DNA of 64,000 nt from an uncultured Gammaproteobacteria bacterium (GCA_964432675.1 CAYSOG010000001.1:4523-68522); one strand, 5' to 3'; shown: positions 46,712 through 57,014, counted from the first letter of the stretch. Notes: generated by a model from the letters alone, not told the origin. Made by a program: numbers and translations.

Positions 46712-47863
46712 ATGGCTGGTACTTCCAAAATAAATCGAATTATTGAACTTGATATGTTACGCGGTATTGCGATTATTGCGGTCATTGGCACACATATCAC
46801 AACGCTGGTCTTACAAGTTTATACTGAACAGCGGCATATAATTGACTTCGGTACACAACTAAGCCACTTCTTTAACCAGTTCTTCAGATTTTCGGTTCCG
46901 CTTTTTCTATTATTATCCGGCCTTACGCTAACCTTGTCTCAAGAACGTCGTGGCTTAAACCTCTTTCGGTTTTACGAAAAGCGTTTTGTTAAAATTTTAG
47001 CGCCTTACGTTCTGTGGACAGTATTTTTTACCTACTACTTGAGTACTTCTGTCGCGACAATTTCATTGCAGACCATTTACCACAACATCCTCTACGGTGA
47101 TGCAGATTATCATCTCTATTTTATGGTTGTTATTCTACAGTGCTATTTGGTATTTCCGTTGTTTTATTCGCTGCTTAAAAAATGTTCGACAACTTGGCGC
47201 CAAGCTATTGTAATTTTACTCATTTTATTACAAGGGTTACTCTACTTCTTTTTTGAACTATACAAAGTTCGTAATTACCAAATTGATGAATACCATGCTT
47301 TCCGCTTTGCGGGATTTTGGTTTATCTATTTCCTATTAGGTATTGCTTGTGGATTGTCGTACGAAACAATCTCTGCGTTTATAAAAAGGATGTGGTTGCC
47401 ACTTATCCTCTGCTTTGGCTTGGTAACCTTTGGAATAGTATATTGGGAGGCCAATGATTACTTTAAGATTTCCCATTATGCTATTTTGAACTACTTCCGT
47501 CCTTCGGTTTTAGTTTATGCATTGGCGAGTTTTTTGGTACTATATCGATTAACAGGTATACTCGTCCAAACGGCAGGTTTTGGATTAGTGAAAAGTTTCC
47601 TCCTAAAAATAGGCGGTTATTCTTTTGGTATTTACTTTATTCATACTTTAGTGATACGGAAAGTAATGGCGACCGGGTTGATACAACCATTACCAAGCAG
47701 TGCTGCGTTTGTGGCATTGTTTATTGGGACGACCGGTATTAGCTTTGCACTCCTCTTCTTTTACCACAAGCTTCTTCGCAGTGTTTCGGATAGTTATGTA
47801 TTGATAAGAAGAAGAATAAGGCAGCCGAAGGTATTTTCACCTGGAAAACCGCCGGTTATATAA
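46712..47863 (+). CDS. Acyltransferase family 3 (O-acetyltransferase)
   Basis: LDMLRGIAI..V...H, FSVPLFLLLSG, YHLYF, YSFGIYFIH. Confidence 0.92.
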   Translation: MAGTSKINRIIELDMLRGIAIIAVIGTHITTLVLQVYTEQRHIIDFGTQLSHFFNQFFRFSVPLFLLLSGLTLTLSQERRGLNLFRFYEKRFVKILAPYVLWTVFFTYYLSTSVATISLQTIYHNILYGDADYHLYFMVVILQCYLVFPLFYSLLKKCSTTWRQAIVILLILLQGLLYFFFELYKVRNYQIDEYHAFRFAGFWFIYFLLGIACGLSYETISAFIKRMWLPLILCFGLVTFGIVYWEANDYFKISHYAILNYFRPSVLVYALASFLVLYRLTGILVQTAGFGLVKSFLLKIGGYSFGIYFIHTLVIRKVMATGLIQPLPSSAAFVALFIGTTGISFALLFFYHKLLRSVSDSYVLIRRRIRQPKVFSPGKPPVI

Positions 47864-47873
47864 GGAAATTGCT

Positions 47874-49253
47874 ATGGTACGAAACCTTGTGCAAAAATAT
47901 CCAATCGCTATTCCGACACTATTTTTTATTACTTCTGTAGTGCTGCAGAATTATAATTTGGGCCGGTTTTTAGATGTCATTTCAGATGAAGGTGTTTATT
48001 TGTATGCCGCTAAATTACTTTCAGCAGGCTTTATTCCATATAAAGACTTCTTTTTGGCCCACCCACCTTTTTTGATTGCGATTATTGCCGGATTTTTTAA
48101 GGTCACCAACACGAATATTAATATGTTCCACTTTGTTTATTCCATTTGGATATTTACGACGTTGTTCCCACTTTATTTCTTGGCCGAGAAAATAAGTAGA
48201 AGCAGACTTATTGCTTCAGTGTCGATGCTTCTGTTGATTACCTACCAAGGGCTCGTTTTACTTAACGCTAGAGAATTTTCGCTACGGGCTGCAGCATTAC
48301 CCTTTTTAGCATTCGCATTCTATTTTATTTTTGTATACACAAAGTATTGGCTCGCTGGTATTATGCTTGCCCTGTTTGCTGCCACAACAGTTTCAAATCT
48401 TATTTTAGCTATCGTGTTTATTTTGGCTCTTATCGGTATTGATTTTATTAATGGTGAGCGGAACATTATAAATCTAGTTCGAAAGTACCTTTGGCTTACA
48501 ATCTCATTTACTGCCATAACTGGTAGTTATTATCTTGTGGTATTAGTGTTGCCACAGGCATATGCCAACGTTGTAACATTCCAAACTCACCGAGGATACA
48601 CACCTTTTTCAGATAGGTTGCATGTTTTAGCAAAGGACATCGGTTTAAACATTCCCTATTATCTTTTCGGTATTGCTGGTAGTTTTCTATTGCCAAAGCA
48701 GTATAAAAGCATTGGTGTTTGGACGATAGCAGCCCTTCTTATCACCGTCTTTGTGTTCGGTAGTTTCTATGACCATTACTTAGTCATATTGGCTTGCGGC
48801 GTTGCAGTCAGTGCAGTTGGATCAGTGGCCTACCTACAGCGCAGCCGTTACAAATATATTTATCTTGCCCTTTTAACTGCTGCGATCATTATCGTTGCGT
48901 TGCCAAACATGTACTACCAGTTAATTGTTCGGACAACACCCGAAGTCTACTCGACAGTTTCAATAATAGCGAAACAACCTGAACCGCTTTTTAGTGTAGA
49001 ACCAATGTATGGTTTGTTGGCCAATAAGCGTTTGGTATTTTCTTATTATGTTGCCGACATGCGGGCATTCGGTACTTTAAACAAGAAAATGGGGGACCCC
49101 ACTTATCGTTCGCTTTTTGATAAAAGCCACACTATTTTAATCGGACCCTTTCCAACACAAGCAATTGACCAGGCAGCAAAGCAATACGTTTCATCACATT
49201 TCCAGCTTATTTATCAAGACGATTATCACACCGTCTATCAAAATAATAAGTGA
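47874..49253 (+). CDS. GT-C-fold glycosyltransferase-like membrane protein
   Basis: DEGVYLY.A......PYKDFF..HPP, many TMs. Confidence 0.8.
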   Translation: MVRNLVQKYPIAIPTLFFITSVVLQNYNLGRFLDVISDEGVYLYAAKLLSAGFIPYKDFFLAHPPFLIAIIAGFFKVTNTNINMFHFVYSIWIFTTLFPLYFLAEKISRSRLIASVSMLLLITYQGLVLLNAREFSLRAAALPFLAFAFYFIFVYTKYWLAGIMLALFAATTVSNLILAIVFILALIGIDFINGERNIINLVRKYLWLTISFTAITGSYYLVVLVLPQAYANVVTFQTHRGYTPFSDRLHVLAKDIGLNIPYYLFGIAGSFLLPKQYKSIGVWTIAALLITVFVFGSFYDHYLVILACGVAVSAVGSVAYLQRSRYKYIYLALLTAAIIIVALPNMYYQLIVRTTPEVYSTVSIIAKQPEPLFSVEPMYGLLANKRLVFSYYVADMRAFGTLNKKMGDPTYRSLFDKSHTILIGPFPTQAIDQAAKQYVSSHFQLIYQDDYHTVYQNNK

Positions 49254-49329
49254 TTTTCTATTTGTTATTTTTCCTTCTTGCATAATGAATTAGGTTTGTA
49301 TAAGATGCCGTAAAGAAGGGATTTTCGTT

Positions 49330-50217
49330 GTGCGAATAAAAAATGCCATATTTATCCAATTTGCTTTTGTGCCTTTAACGCTGGTTTCAAGCATTTTCCC
49401 TCCTTCCCATAATCAATTACCTACTGTTCCTCAAAAACCTCAAGCTTCTTTGCCTGCTGATATTTTGTTACCCGGTATTGAAGCAGAACTTTCTTCACCC
49501 TCAGCTTCACCGCGTATCACCCAGCAAACTGTGTTGCCACATTTCCGAATCCCGGTTTTGATGTATCACTATATTCGGTATATGAAAGACCAAAATGACA
49601 AAGTAGGCTTTTCACTTTCAGTGAGGCCCGACAATTTTGAAAAGCAAGCCCAATATCTCACCTCGCATGGGTTTTCAACTGTAACACCGAAGCAGGTCTA
49701 TGATAATTTAGTCTTTGGCAAGCCACTGCCACCCAAGCCCATTATGCTCACATTTGATGACGGGTATGCTGATTTTTATTTTGAAGCCCTACGGATTGTC
49801 GATAAATACAATTTAAAAGCGACATTATTCATCCCTTCAGAAAAAATAGGTTCTCCGAATTATTTAACCTGGGACGAATTACGAAAGTTAACGACTGACC
49901 CAAACATCGATATTGCAGGCCACACCATGACACATATCAATTTGGCTCAAATTCCGTTGAACCAAGCTGCTGCGGAAATTGTTGGCAGCAAGCTGGCACT
50001 ACAACAAAAACTTGGTATTTCGATACAATTTTTTGCATATCCTTATGGTGCGTTTAATAGCCAGGTGATTGATGTTGTGAGAAAGGCAGGGTTTAAATTA
50101 GCGTTTTCGACAATTTCGGGCGACACACAAACGCTGGCTGACCAGTATACTTTACACCGGCTATCGGTTACTGGAGAAGAAGATATGGACGCATTTGCAA
50201 AATTGGTTGGCCAGTAA
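49330..50217 (+). CDS. Polysaccharide deacetylase (IcaB/PgaB-like CE4)
   Basis: PVLMYH, LTFDDGY, GHTMTH, FAYPYG. Confidence 0.92.
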   Translation: MRIKNAIFIQFAFVPLTLVSSIFPPSHNQLPTVPQKPQASLPADILLPGIEAELSSPSASPRITQQTVLPHFRIPVLMYHYIRYMKDQNDKVGFSLSVRPDNFEKQAQYLTSHGFSTVTPKQVYDNLVFGKPLPPKPIMLTFDDGYADFYFEALRIVDKYNLKATLFIPSEKIGSPNYLTWDELRKLTTDPNIDIAGHTMTHINLAQIPLNQAAAEIVGSKLALQQKLGISIQFFAYPYGAFNSQVIDVVRKAGFKLAFSTISGDTQTLADQYTLHRLSVTGEEDMDAFAKLVGQ

Positions 50218-50275
50218 TTGGTACCATGTGGGTTTGGAACAAAGCGCATTTCATATGGCATAATTGTTTTAGAGT

Positions 50276-51013
50276 ATGAGAGTTATTTCCCTTGCACCGT
50301 CAAATACTGAAATTTTGTGCGCGTTGGGTTTAGCACATGATATTATCGCAACCACGATCTACTGCGATTATCCAAAGTCAATGGTGAAGAAACCGAAAGT
50401 TGGCAGTTGGATTGCTATTAAGCAAGATTATGTTGCCAGTCTTAAGCCGGACTTGATTGTTACTGCAACCGTCGTTCAAGAAAAAATCGCTGAAAGGTTA
50501 CAGCAGTCCAAACTTCCTGTGTTGCACCTTGATCCAAGGACAATAGATGGGATATATCGAAGTATTTTAGCAATTGGCCAGGCAACGGGTACTGAGGCAA
50601 AAGCTACACAGCTTATTGCCAGTATGAAGGATGAGCTTGAGAATCACAAAAATAAACTTCCAAAAAGACAACGGGTATACATTGAAGAATGGCATAGACC
50701 GCCATTTGCTTCTGGAAACTGGGTTCCCGAGTTAGTCTTTTATGCTGGTGGACAATATGGTTTAGTTTCACCAGGCATCCTTAGCAGAACAGTGACAACG
50801 AAAGAAGTACAGCAGTATGATCCGCAAGTCATTTTTCTCTCAATTTGTGGTTTTCATGATAAATTACCTACCGATATTGTCAGGCGGCGGAAAGGTTGGG
50901 AAAACCTATCTGCAGTTAAGCATAATCAGGTATACGTACTTGATGATACGGTTTTAAATCGTCCAGGCCCAAGAATTGTGAACGCCGTTTCCACCCTTCG
51001 GCAATACTTGTAG
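50276..51013 (+). CDS. Cobalamin/iron-siderophore binding protein (BtuF-like)
   Basis: RVISLAPSNTEIL, CDYP, LKPDL, AVK, RPGPR. Confidence 0.88.
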   Translation: MRVISLAPSNTEILCALGLAHDIIATTIYCDYPKSMVKKPKVGSWIAIKQDYVASLKPDLIVTATVVQEKIAERLQQSKLPVLHLDPRTIDGIYRSILAIGQATGTEAKATQLIASMKDELENHKNKLPKRQRVYIEEWHRPPFASGNWVPELVFYAGGQYGLVSPGILSRTVTTKEVQQYDPQVIFLSICGFHDKLPTDIVRRRKGWENLSAVKHNQVYVLDDTVLNRPGPRIVNAVSTLRQYL

Positions 51014-51046
51014 TAACCGTTTCGGTAATGCAGTAGACTATATATA

Positions 51047-51532
51047 ATGCAAAAACCGCTGATTGGCTTAATGTTCCTTGTCGTTATTGGTCTAAGTGTT
51101 ATTATTGCGTTTGTCTATTTTGGAAAATCGCGGTTTTTCACCCCAAAGCTGCAAGCGACCAAACAGAACATCCTTATTATCGATAACACTGTTATACCCT
51201 TAGAGGTTGAACGCACACCCCAGCAAGAAGCTTTAGGGCTGTCGAACCGAGCAAGTTTGGCTCGTGATAGTGGAATGTTATTCGTTCTGCCGAACCGACA
51301 AATACCGACATTTTGGATGAAAGATATGCATTTCCCCCTTGATTTTATTTGGATAGACCATGATAAAGTAATTGATATAACTGAAAACGTACCACCACCA
51401 AATGGTCCAAGTGATCCGCTCCCTTTTTATTCACCAAAACTTCCCGTCACATATGTACTTGAAGTCAATGCGGGATTTGCTAAAGCACATAACATTAGTA
51501 TTGGAAATAAAGTCGACATGAGAATAGAGTAA
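51047..51532 (+). CDS. DUF192 family protein
   Basis: GLSNR...GMLF, FWMKDMHFPLDFIW, YVLEVNAG. Confidence 0.92.
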   Translation: MQKPLIGLMFLVVIGLSVIIAFVYFGKSRFFTPKLQATKQNILIIDNTVIPLEVERTPQQEALGLSNRASLARDSGMLFVLPNRQIPTFWMKDMHFPLDFIWIDHDKVIDITENVPPPNGPSDPLPFYSPKLPVTYVLEVNAGFAKAHNISIGNKVDMRIE

Positions 51533-51579
51533 AACGCAAAAAGTAAAAGATACAAAACAAAGAGAAAATCTTTTATCTT

Positions 51580-52131
51580 ATGGGTATTCCTTATCGGATC
51601 ATCACTATTTCTGGGCTTGGCTGTAGCGGCACAACAACATTAACCCGCTTACTGTCAAAAGCAATTGGGTGGCCGCATAGTCATCCCGCTAGTGAGCAAA
51701 TGCGGACATTTTTACACGCGCACCAGTTACCGCTTTCGGCTATGGACCAATTACCTGATGAGCAAGAAGTCAGTATTGATAATTACCTAAAATCAATAAT
51801 CCAAAATAGTAACCATCAAATTGTTAATGGCAGGTTAAGCGGTTGGCATGCTCAAGGCATTGGGGATGTCTTTAAGGTTTTTGTTACGGCAAGTGACGAA
51901 AAAAGGGTAGAACGATTTGCGGCTAGGGAAAATTACTCTATTGCCCAAGCCGGCCAAGAATTGAAAGCCAGGGATGCTAATGAATTCGAGAAGTACAAGC
52001 GGCTATATGGTGCTGATGCCACAGATCCGAAGTTATACGACCTTATTATCGATACCACAAATACAACGCCGCAAGAATGCCTTGATCTGCTATTGAATAA
52101 AATAGGCGCCATACAAGAAAATAAAGGCTAG
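51580..52131 (+). CDS. cmk: Cytidylate kinase, archaeal type
   Basis: ITISGLGCSGTTT, GRLSGW, R..R...RE, YDLIIDT. Confidence 0.82.
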   Translation: MGIPYRIITISGLGCSGTTTLTRLLSKAIGWPHSHPASEQMRTFLHAHQLPLSAMDQLPDEQEVSIDNYLKSIIQNSNHQIVNGRLSGWHAQGIGDVFKVFVTASDEKRVERFAARENYSIAQAGQELKARDANEFEKYKRLYGADATDPKLYDLIIDTTNTTPQECLDLLLNKIGAIQENKG

Positions 52132-52184
52132 CGTTTACGTCTTTTTTTGCTCCCGTTTGTTTGATAGACTAAAGTCTAAGCTCT

Positions 52185-52922
52185 ATGCATAAAGTAATTT
52201 TCCTTTTGTTATTATTTACTGCTATAAGCGGCATTGGCTTCGCCACTGCTAAGTTACTTGATCCAACACCGGCACCGTTGACAATGCGGAACATTTGGGC
52301 GAAAGTGGCCTATAAAGTGCTACAAAGGCAAAGTGAAAATAGCCAACAATGGTATGTAAACGATATTTTACGTCAGGTTAGCACTGGCAAGGTTACTACC
52401 CAGCTATCACAAGCAATTTATAACGACGAGCCAATTACGGTTCCAAAAATTTCCCGCGTATTGTCAGATTCAGCTGCAGTGCTACCAGCCGATGTTGGGA
52501 ATGGTACAAAATGGATTGAAGTTAATCTTGGCAACCAAACACTATATGCCCATGAAGGTGACAATGTGATCTATACTATGCGAATTTCTTCAGGTTTACC
52601 TTGGACGCCAACGCCAACTGGAACATTTAATATTTGGATTAAACTAAGGTCGACCCGAATGAAAGGCGGTTCTAAAGAAACGGGTGACTATTACGATTTA
52701 CCCAACGTGCCGTATACAATGTACTTTGACGGTGGTTATGGCATTCACGGTGCCTATTGGCATAATAATTTCGGCCATCCAATGAGCCACGGTTGCGTTA
52801 ACCTTTCACCCAAAGACGCCGAAGTTTTGTTCAATTGGGCAGACCCGACTTTGCCAGATGGGCAAAGCGCTATCCGGTCAACTGATGATAATCCTGGCAC
52901 CCAAGTTGTTGTCCACAGCTAA
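52185..52922 (+). CDS. L,D-transpeptidase (YkuD family)
   Basis: WIEVNL..Q.LYA, TPTG, YGIHGAYWH, SHGCVNL. Confidence 0.93.
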   Translation: MHKVIFLLLLFTAISGIGFATAKLLDPTPAPLTMRNIWAKVAYKVLQRQSENSQQWYVNDILRQVSTGKVTTQLSQAIYNDEPITVPKISRVLSDSAAVLPADVGNGTKWIEVNLGNQTLYAHEGDNVIYTMRISSGLPWTPTPTGTFNIWIKLRSTRMKGGSKETGDYYDLPNVPYTMYFDGGYGIHGAYWHNNFGHPMSHGCVNLSPKDAEVLFNWADPTLPDGQSAIRSTDDNPGTQVVVHS

Positions 52923-52949
52923 ATTTTCTTATCATCTGCTATAATTTTC

Positions 52950-52997
52950 CTCGTTACTTGCAGTATACTCGTGAGCACACTCGTTACTTGCAGTATA
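52950..52997 (+). repeat. Two 18-bp direct repeats with a 30-bp period upstream of the copper-like cluster
   Basis: CTCGTTACTTGCAGTATA at 52950-52967 and 52980-52997. Confidence 0.85.
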
Positions 52998-53026
52998 ATA
53001 AATTAACACGAGAATTCTGATTTTTG

Positions 53027-53923
53027 ATGAAAAAATTACTTTCCCTCTTTATTGCTAGCATGCTTTTTTTGTTTGCCGCAAGGTTTTTTTCTGGGCCGGT
53101 TAGCGCACATACTGGTTCAGGTCCACCATTCTTACTCGTGAATGGTCAGTACGCCCAAACAAACCCATTCTATATGGGAGTGCCAGATTTTAAACTACTA
53201 ATTTCACAAGATGTCTCACCAGCAAAGTATTTAGTGAACCAACCCATACAGTTTTCGATAGATGGGCCAAAGCTACAAGTGCCGCAGGATGTTTTAAGCC
53301 ATTCTACTTTTCGGTGGAGCTTCGAAAATGGCAGTACTGATTACAAGTTTGGTCTAACGCAGCCATATACTTATAGCAAGGTTGGTTCCCACCTACTATC
53401 AGTATGGGTGAAAGGGCCGCAAGAAACGGAATATACCTTAATCGATACGGTCAAGGTTGATGTGGTGCCTAACATGCACTATCAATTGCCGCAAACAAAA
53501 ATTACGGTTTCGGGTAATAAATTACAATTGCACCAACCATTGTCGTTTTACAATAACACTACCACCGATAAATCGGCCAAGGTCCAATCATATTTATGGT
53601 ATTTAGACAATAATAGCTACACTACGCAGGCTAACCCTGTCTATACCTATAACCAGGGCGATTTTTTAAACTACGTCTTTTTACAGGTGACCGACAGTAA
53701 TGGTTTTTTGGTTGACGCGGCAATTACCGTCGATGGGACTGGACAAGATTTGGCATTCGCTAATTTAGATCCAAACGACCAAACCGCGGTTGTTGTATCG
53801 AAAGATACTAAAGCTAAATCGGCCTTTGCATTTAGTCCAATCTACCTCGAAATCGGTGCTATCATTATAATAATGGCCGCAATGACAATCGGATTATTCC
53901 GCAAAGCAAAGTCGAAGAAGTGA
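53027..53923 (+). CDS. Secreted PKD-like domain protein with predicted mature N-terminal His and C-terminal TM
   Basis: Signal ...VSA|HTGSG; two W.F/W.L..G...YTY PKD-like repeats; C-terminal TM. Confidence 0.75.
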   Translation: MKKLLSLFIASMLFLFAARFFSGPVSAHTGSGPPFLLVNGQYAQTNPFYMGVPDFKLLISQDVSPAKYLVNQPIQFSIDGPKLQVPQDVLSHSTFRWSFENGSTDYKFGLTQPYTYSKVGSHLLSVWVKGPQETEYTLIDTVKVDVVPNMHYQLPQTKITVSGNKLQLHQPLSFYNNTTTDKSAKVQSYLWYLDNNSYTTQANPVYTYNQGDFLNYVFLQVTDSNGFLVDAAITVDGTGQDLAFANLDPNDQTAVVVSKDTKAKSAFAFSPIYLEIGAIIIIMAAMTIGLFRKAKSKK

Positions 53924-53948
53924 TAGGGGAATTACAAGACATTAAGGT

Positions 53949-55511
53949 ATGAACCTTTTCTTAATCAAATATATTCGGCATATGGTATTGACCGCTAGTT
54001 TCATTACGGCGGTTGTCGTTTATATCATCTTATCGTTGACTTTTGCTGACACAAGCTTGCGTATAATTAGGTTAGTTGAAATATATGCCTTTTGTGCCGT
54101 CATTATGCTGTATTTAGCAATGTTGGCAAGTCCTCTCTATGCCGTTTTCCCAAATTTTCCATTTCGTCCGTATTACATTAAAGCGAGGCGCGCGATCGGT
54201 AATTCGGCATTCTTCTTTGGACTTACTCACGGTACGTTGGCGTTTTTTATGCTGTTGGGCGGATTTTCGGGTTTAGGGTTCCTGGCGCCGCAGTATCTGC
54301 TCGCTATTATTTTGAGTTTTACTGCCCTACTTATTTTGACATTAATGGCCGCCACATCGTTTGACTATATGGTGCAAAAACTTGGCACAAAGTGGAAAAA
54401 ATTACATCGTTTTGTTTATATTGCCGGCTTATTAGTCATCATCCACACATTCCTTATTGGTACGCATTTTCAGGATTTGTCAGGTTGGATACCGCAGCTC
54501 TTTATTGGAGCACTTGTGTTCTTGTTGTTACTTGAGTCCATTAGGTTTGACCGTTTCATTAGTAATAAATTTCTAGGCCTACCCCGATATGGCATCGTAT
54601 TTGTGCTTTGCGTAGTTGCCATGGCCGCTGCTATTTCCTATTTGTACTTTCCACAAGGGTCAGGGACACCAACTTTGGGTATTCATGCTGCCCATATCCA
54701 GCTAGCCAAGCAAGCCCAAAACACAACAGCCAACCAGCCATCGACCAATATCCCCGGACTAAATTGCGATAGGACAAAACGGTACACGGTAAGCTTTAAC
54801 AATCCTCCAAACGTTCAGCCGAACCAAGATGTAACCCTTACTTTTACGGTGTACGATGCTTCAAGCGGTAATCCGGTCACCTTCTTCACCCCAATTTATG
54901 AGAAAGTTATGCACCTTGTTATCGTTAACAATGATCTTACTTACTTTACCCATATTCACCCCACCCAAAATGGCGCAACGTTTAGTATCACTACAAAATT
55001 TCCAACCGATGGTGTTTACCATCTATACATAGATTTTCAACCCCTGGGGGCCATAGAACAGCAGATTGGTTTTACACTTCCAGTTGGTAATACGGCAAAT
55101 GTCCAACCTCCATCAATGCCAGCGGATACTAGTCTCACGAAGAATTTTGGCAATTATCAAGTGACCTTATCAAAACCAAATCCATTGAAAGCTGCCAATA
55201 TTTCGATCGGAGAGCAAACTTTAACCTTTACCATAAAAGATGCCAAAACCGGTCAGCCAATTACAACATTAAAGCCCTATTTGGCAGCATATGGTCACTT
55301 ATCGATGATTAACCAACAAACGTTCGATTTTATTCATGTCCACCCATCTAATTTAACCCCACCGGCACCAAATGCTAATGGTGGCCCAAATGTTACATTT
55401 TTACCACTTGGACTGTACGGACCAATTAAACCTGGCGTTTATACAATCTTTGCTGAATTTAATCCCGACGGAAACTTATTCACAGCAACTTTTACGGTAG
55501 AAGTACAATAG
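53949..55511 (+). CDS. Ferric-reductase-like (MsrQ-type) TM domain fused to a His-rich extracytoplasmic metal-binding domain
   Basis: RRAIG...H, AATS, WKKLHRFVY...H; MHLVIV..DL.YF.HIHP; PYLAAYGHL; HVHP. Confidence 0.8.
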   Translation: MNLFLIKYIRHMVLTASFITAVVVYIILSLTFADTSLRIIRLVEIYAFCAVIMLYLAMLASPLYAVFPNFPFRPYYIKARRAIGNSAFFFGLTHGTLAFFMLLGGFSGLGFLAPQYLLAIILSFTALLILTLMAATSFDYMVQKLGTKWKKLHRFVYIAGLLVIIHTFLIGTHFQDLSGWIPQLFIGALVFLLLLESIRFDRFISNKFLGLPRYGIVFVLCVVAMAAAISYLYFPQGSGTPTLGIHAAHIQLAKQAQNTTANQPSTNIPGLNCDRTKRYTVSFNNPPNVQPNQDVTLTFTVYDASSGNPVTFFTPIYEKVMHLVIVNNDLTYFTHIHPTQNGATFSITTKFPTDGVYHLYIDFQPLGAIEQQIGFTLPVGNTANVQPPSMPADTSLTKNFGNYQVTLSKPNPLKAANISIGEQTLTFTIKDAKTGQPITTLKPYLAAYGHLSMINQQTFDFIHVHPSNLTPPAPNANGGPNVTFLPLGLYGPIKPGVYTIFAEFNPDGNLFTATFTVEVQ

Positions 55512-55667
55512 GAAAATCAAATATTAAGAATTGAAATGCAAAATCGTATAGTAGAATGTAACATTTTTCATTTTTTGAGCTATCCACCATCCGACAGCTG
55601 GCTGGAGGAGGGTTGCTTCATGAGTACATGACACTCGTACAATATTGATTTTTGATTTAACTACTAT

Positions 55668-56252
55668 ATGCTGAAAAAGATATCTGCTAGTATTCTTCTA
55701 TTTATAGTTTCTGGAATTATATTTGTCCCGATTGTTTCAGCTCATATCTTAAGGTCCGATGGTTCTATCGGTGCAGTATTACATATCGATCCAGAAGACG
55801 ATCCGATTGCTGGCCAACAATCTGGATTTTTCTTTGAGTTTAAGGATAAGCAAAATAAATTTACTCCCACCAATTGCGATTGTACATTTTCCATTAATGA
55901 ACAGAGCAAGGAAATTTATAGCCAGCCGTTGTTTGCGGGCAATGCTAATCCAAATTTAGAAAATGCATCGATATTTTATACGTTCCCCAAAAAAGACGTC
56001 TATGAAGTGGCGGTAGTTGGTAAGCCAATCCAAGCCAACGCTTTCCAGCCATTTACTCTACGATACGACCTGCGGGTAGATCGGGAAGTACAAAATGGCT
56101 ATACGTCCAATAACATCTTTTTCAGTGATCTAGAGCAGCTTAATAATAACTTAGGTGGTCATCTACCACATTATGTTGGTCTTGCGATTATTGTTATTGC
56201 GTTCCTTATATTTTTATATATTGATAGACGTAATCGTCCAAAAAATATATAA
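55668..56252 (+). CDS. Secreted hypothetical protein with predicted mature N-terminal His and C-terminal TM
   Basis: ...VSA|HILRSDGSIGAVLHIDP.DDP; CDC; C-terminal TM. Confidence 0.75.
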   Translation: MLKKISASILLFIVSGIIFVPIVSAHILRSDGSIGAVLHIDPEDDPIAGQQSGFFFEFKDKQNKFTPTNCDCTFSINEQSKEIYSQPLFAGNANPNLENASIFYTFPKKDVYEVAVVGKPIQANAFQPFTLRYDLRVDREVQNGYTSNNIFFSDLEQLNNNLGGHLPHYVGLAIIVIAFLIFLYIDRRNRPKNI

Positions 56253-56297
56253 CTATTAAAAACAAATATAAGTTAGGCAATTTTAAAAGGAGTAATT

Positions 56298-56951
56298 ATG
56301 CATCGGAAAATTATTACTGTTTCTGTCGTTACAATGGCGTTTCTGCTGTTGAGCGTTTCGGTTGCATCGGCACATATGGTTGTTAAACCTTCTACTGTTG
56401 GTATTGGCAGCGTCCAAAACTTTAGTTTGGGTGTACCAACTGAAAAGGGAGGCTCGACGGTTGCTGTTCGTTTGCTAGTTCCGGATGGCCTAGATGACGT
56501 AACACCAAATGTCAAACCCGGCTGGAGGATTGAAGTCAAGAAAAATGGTACAGGCGATAACTTACCAGTTACCGAAATTGATTGGAGTGGTGGCAGCATC
56601 CCATCAGGTCAGCGAGATGAGTTTTTATTTTCGGCCCAAGTCCCGGCGAACACGACAATATTGCAGTGGAAAGCCTACCAAATATACAACGATGGTAGTA
56701 CGGTTGCTTGGGACCAACCTCCAGTAAACAATGCTGCGTCACCCGCTGATGATAGCACGATGAAAAACGGATCTTATTCTACTACGCAGGTTGTTAATGA
56801 CCTGACTAGCAATGCAACCGGATCGGTTATGGCAAATGCTTCATCGGATAAAACAGTTAGTTATGTTGCTTGGGCAGCTCTTGCTATTGCCCTAGTATCA
56901 TTGGTGTTGGCGGTAAAGCCAATGATGAAGCCAAAAGACACCAACATCTAA
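56298..56951 (+). CDS. ycnI: YcnI/DUF1775 copper-binding protein
   Basis: ASA|HMVVKP, VPTEK, KPGW, WKAYQ.Y.DG..V.W; C-terminal TM. Confidence 0.88.
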   Translation: MHRKIITVSVVTMAFLLLSVSVASAHMVVKPSTVGIGSVQNFSLGVPTEKGGSTVAVRLLVPDGLDDVTPNVKPGWRIEVKKNGTGDNLPVTEIDWSGGSIPSGQRDEFLFSAQVPANTTILQWKAYQIYNDGSTVAWDQPPVNNAASPADDSTMKNGSYSTTQVVNDLTSNATGSVMANASSDKTVSYVAWAALAIALVSLVLAVKPMMKPKDTNI

Positions 56952-56975
56952 AGAGTTTGAAATTGCTATAGAAAT

Positions 56976-57014
56976 GAAAAATGGCTTGTACCTTTTGGGG
57001 TGCAAGCCATTTTC
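56976..57014. terminator. Bidirectional terminator
   Basis: AAAATGGCTTGTACC/GGTGCAAGCCATTTT stem. Confidence 0.8.

Noticed and set aside
51580-51640. Cmk P-loop lacking Lys (GTTT)
   Set aside because: GSGTTT is a common variant in archaeal-type cytidylate kinases.
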